A program made the position numbers and the translations under genes. Below, piece after piece: positions 63,823 through 64,000 of a DNA stretch of 64,000 nucleotides. The stretch is from Cellvibrionales bacterium (lineage in GTDB: Bacteria; Pseudomonadota; Gammaproteobacteria; Pseudomonadales; UBA7434): the NCBI GenBank assembly GCA_042090785.1, contig JBELIP010000001.1:298930-362929 (forward strand), read 5' to 3'. Every line of letters begins with the position of its first letter. The stretch's first letter is position 1. The notes under the pieces were generated by a model that was not told the DNA's origin, searched no databases, and saw nothing but the letters and a program-made list of their open reading frames with translations.

Positions 63823-64000
63823 ACCCTTTTTCCACCTAATACTCTTTGCATTTAGATTGAATGCAAAGAATCTTATAGCGATTGGATATTGGACACAAGA
63901 CCCATTAAATTATTTTACTTTTCAGCTATAGCTTGAGAGTTAATGGCTTGGAGATTTTTGTGGGTAGAGACAGGTTGTAGCGTGATGTTACTGACTAACA

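Overview
The window reads as a chromosomal, origin-proximal core region of a moderately AT-rich gammaproteobacterium. The synteny yidC-mnmE / mnmG-rsmG-parA-parB-atpIBEFHAGDC-glmU-glmS resembles Pseudomonas/Oceanospirillales-type chromosomes. After that come housekeeping genes: uvrD, a TRAP transporter, yciA, an M48 protease, yaaA, yqgE, ruvX, pilT/pilU, yggS-proC-yggT, ubiC-ubiA, a rubredoxin-reductase fusion, HU, a DAACS symporter, gpx, folA, dbpA, yeiP, yggX-mutY, gpmA and hisB-hisH-hisA-hisF. I support about 60 CDS, one tRNA-Phe(GAA), several intrinsic terminators and a few repeats. I saw no CRISPR array, rRNA, transposase, integrase, prophage or recognisable defence operon, and no convincing novel multi-gene system. 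The least ordinary part is 49.7-57.8 kb, next to the 3' side of tRNA-Phe, which looks more AT-rich by eye. It holds four things of note. (1) A Zur/Fur-type palindrome lies in front of a MerC-family membrane protein plus a COG0523 GTPase. (2) A dgkA + LpxH-like phosphoesterase pair and a secreted beta-propeller protein are bracketed by a 20-nt exact direct repeat. (3) Two unrelated secreted proteins share the C-terminal sorting tag VPVPAAAWLF, with no exosortase in the window. (4) A C-rich, G-poor spacer carries spaced TCTCAAACC repeats. Function calls come from my own recognition of translated motifs and synteny; no database search was run. GC statements are by eye and need computing.
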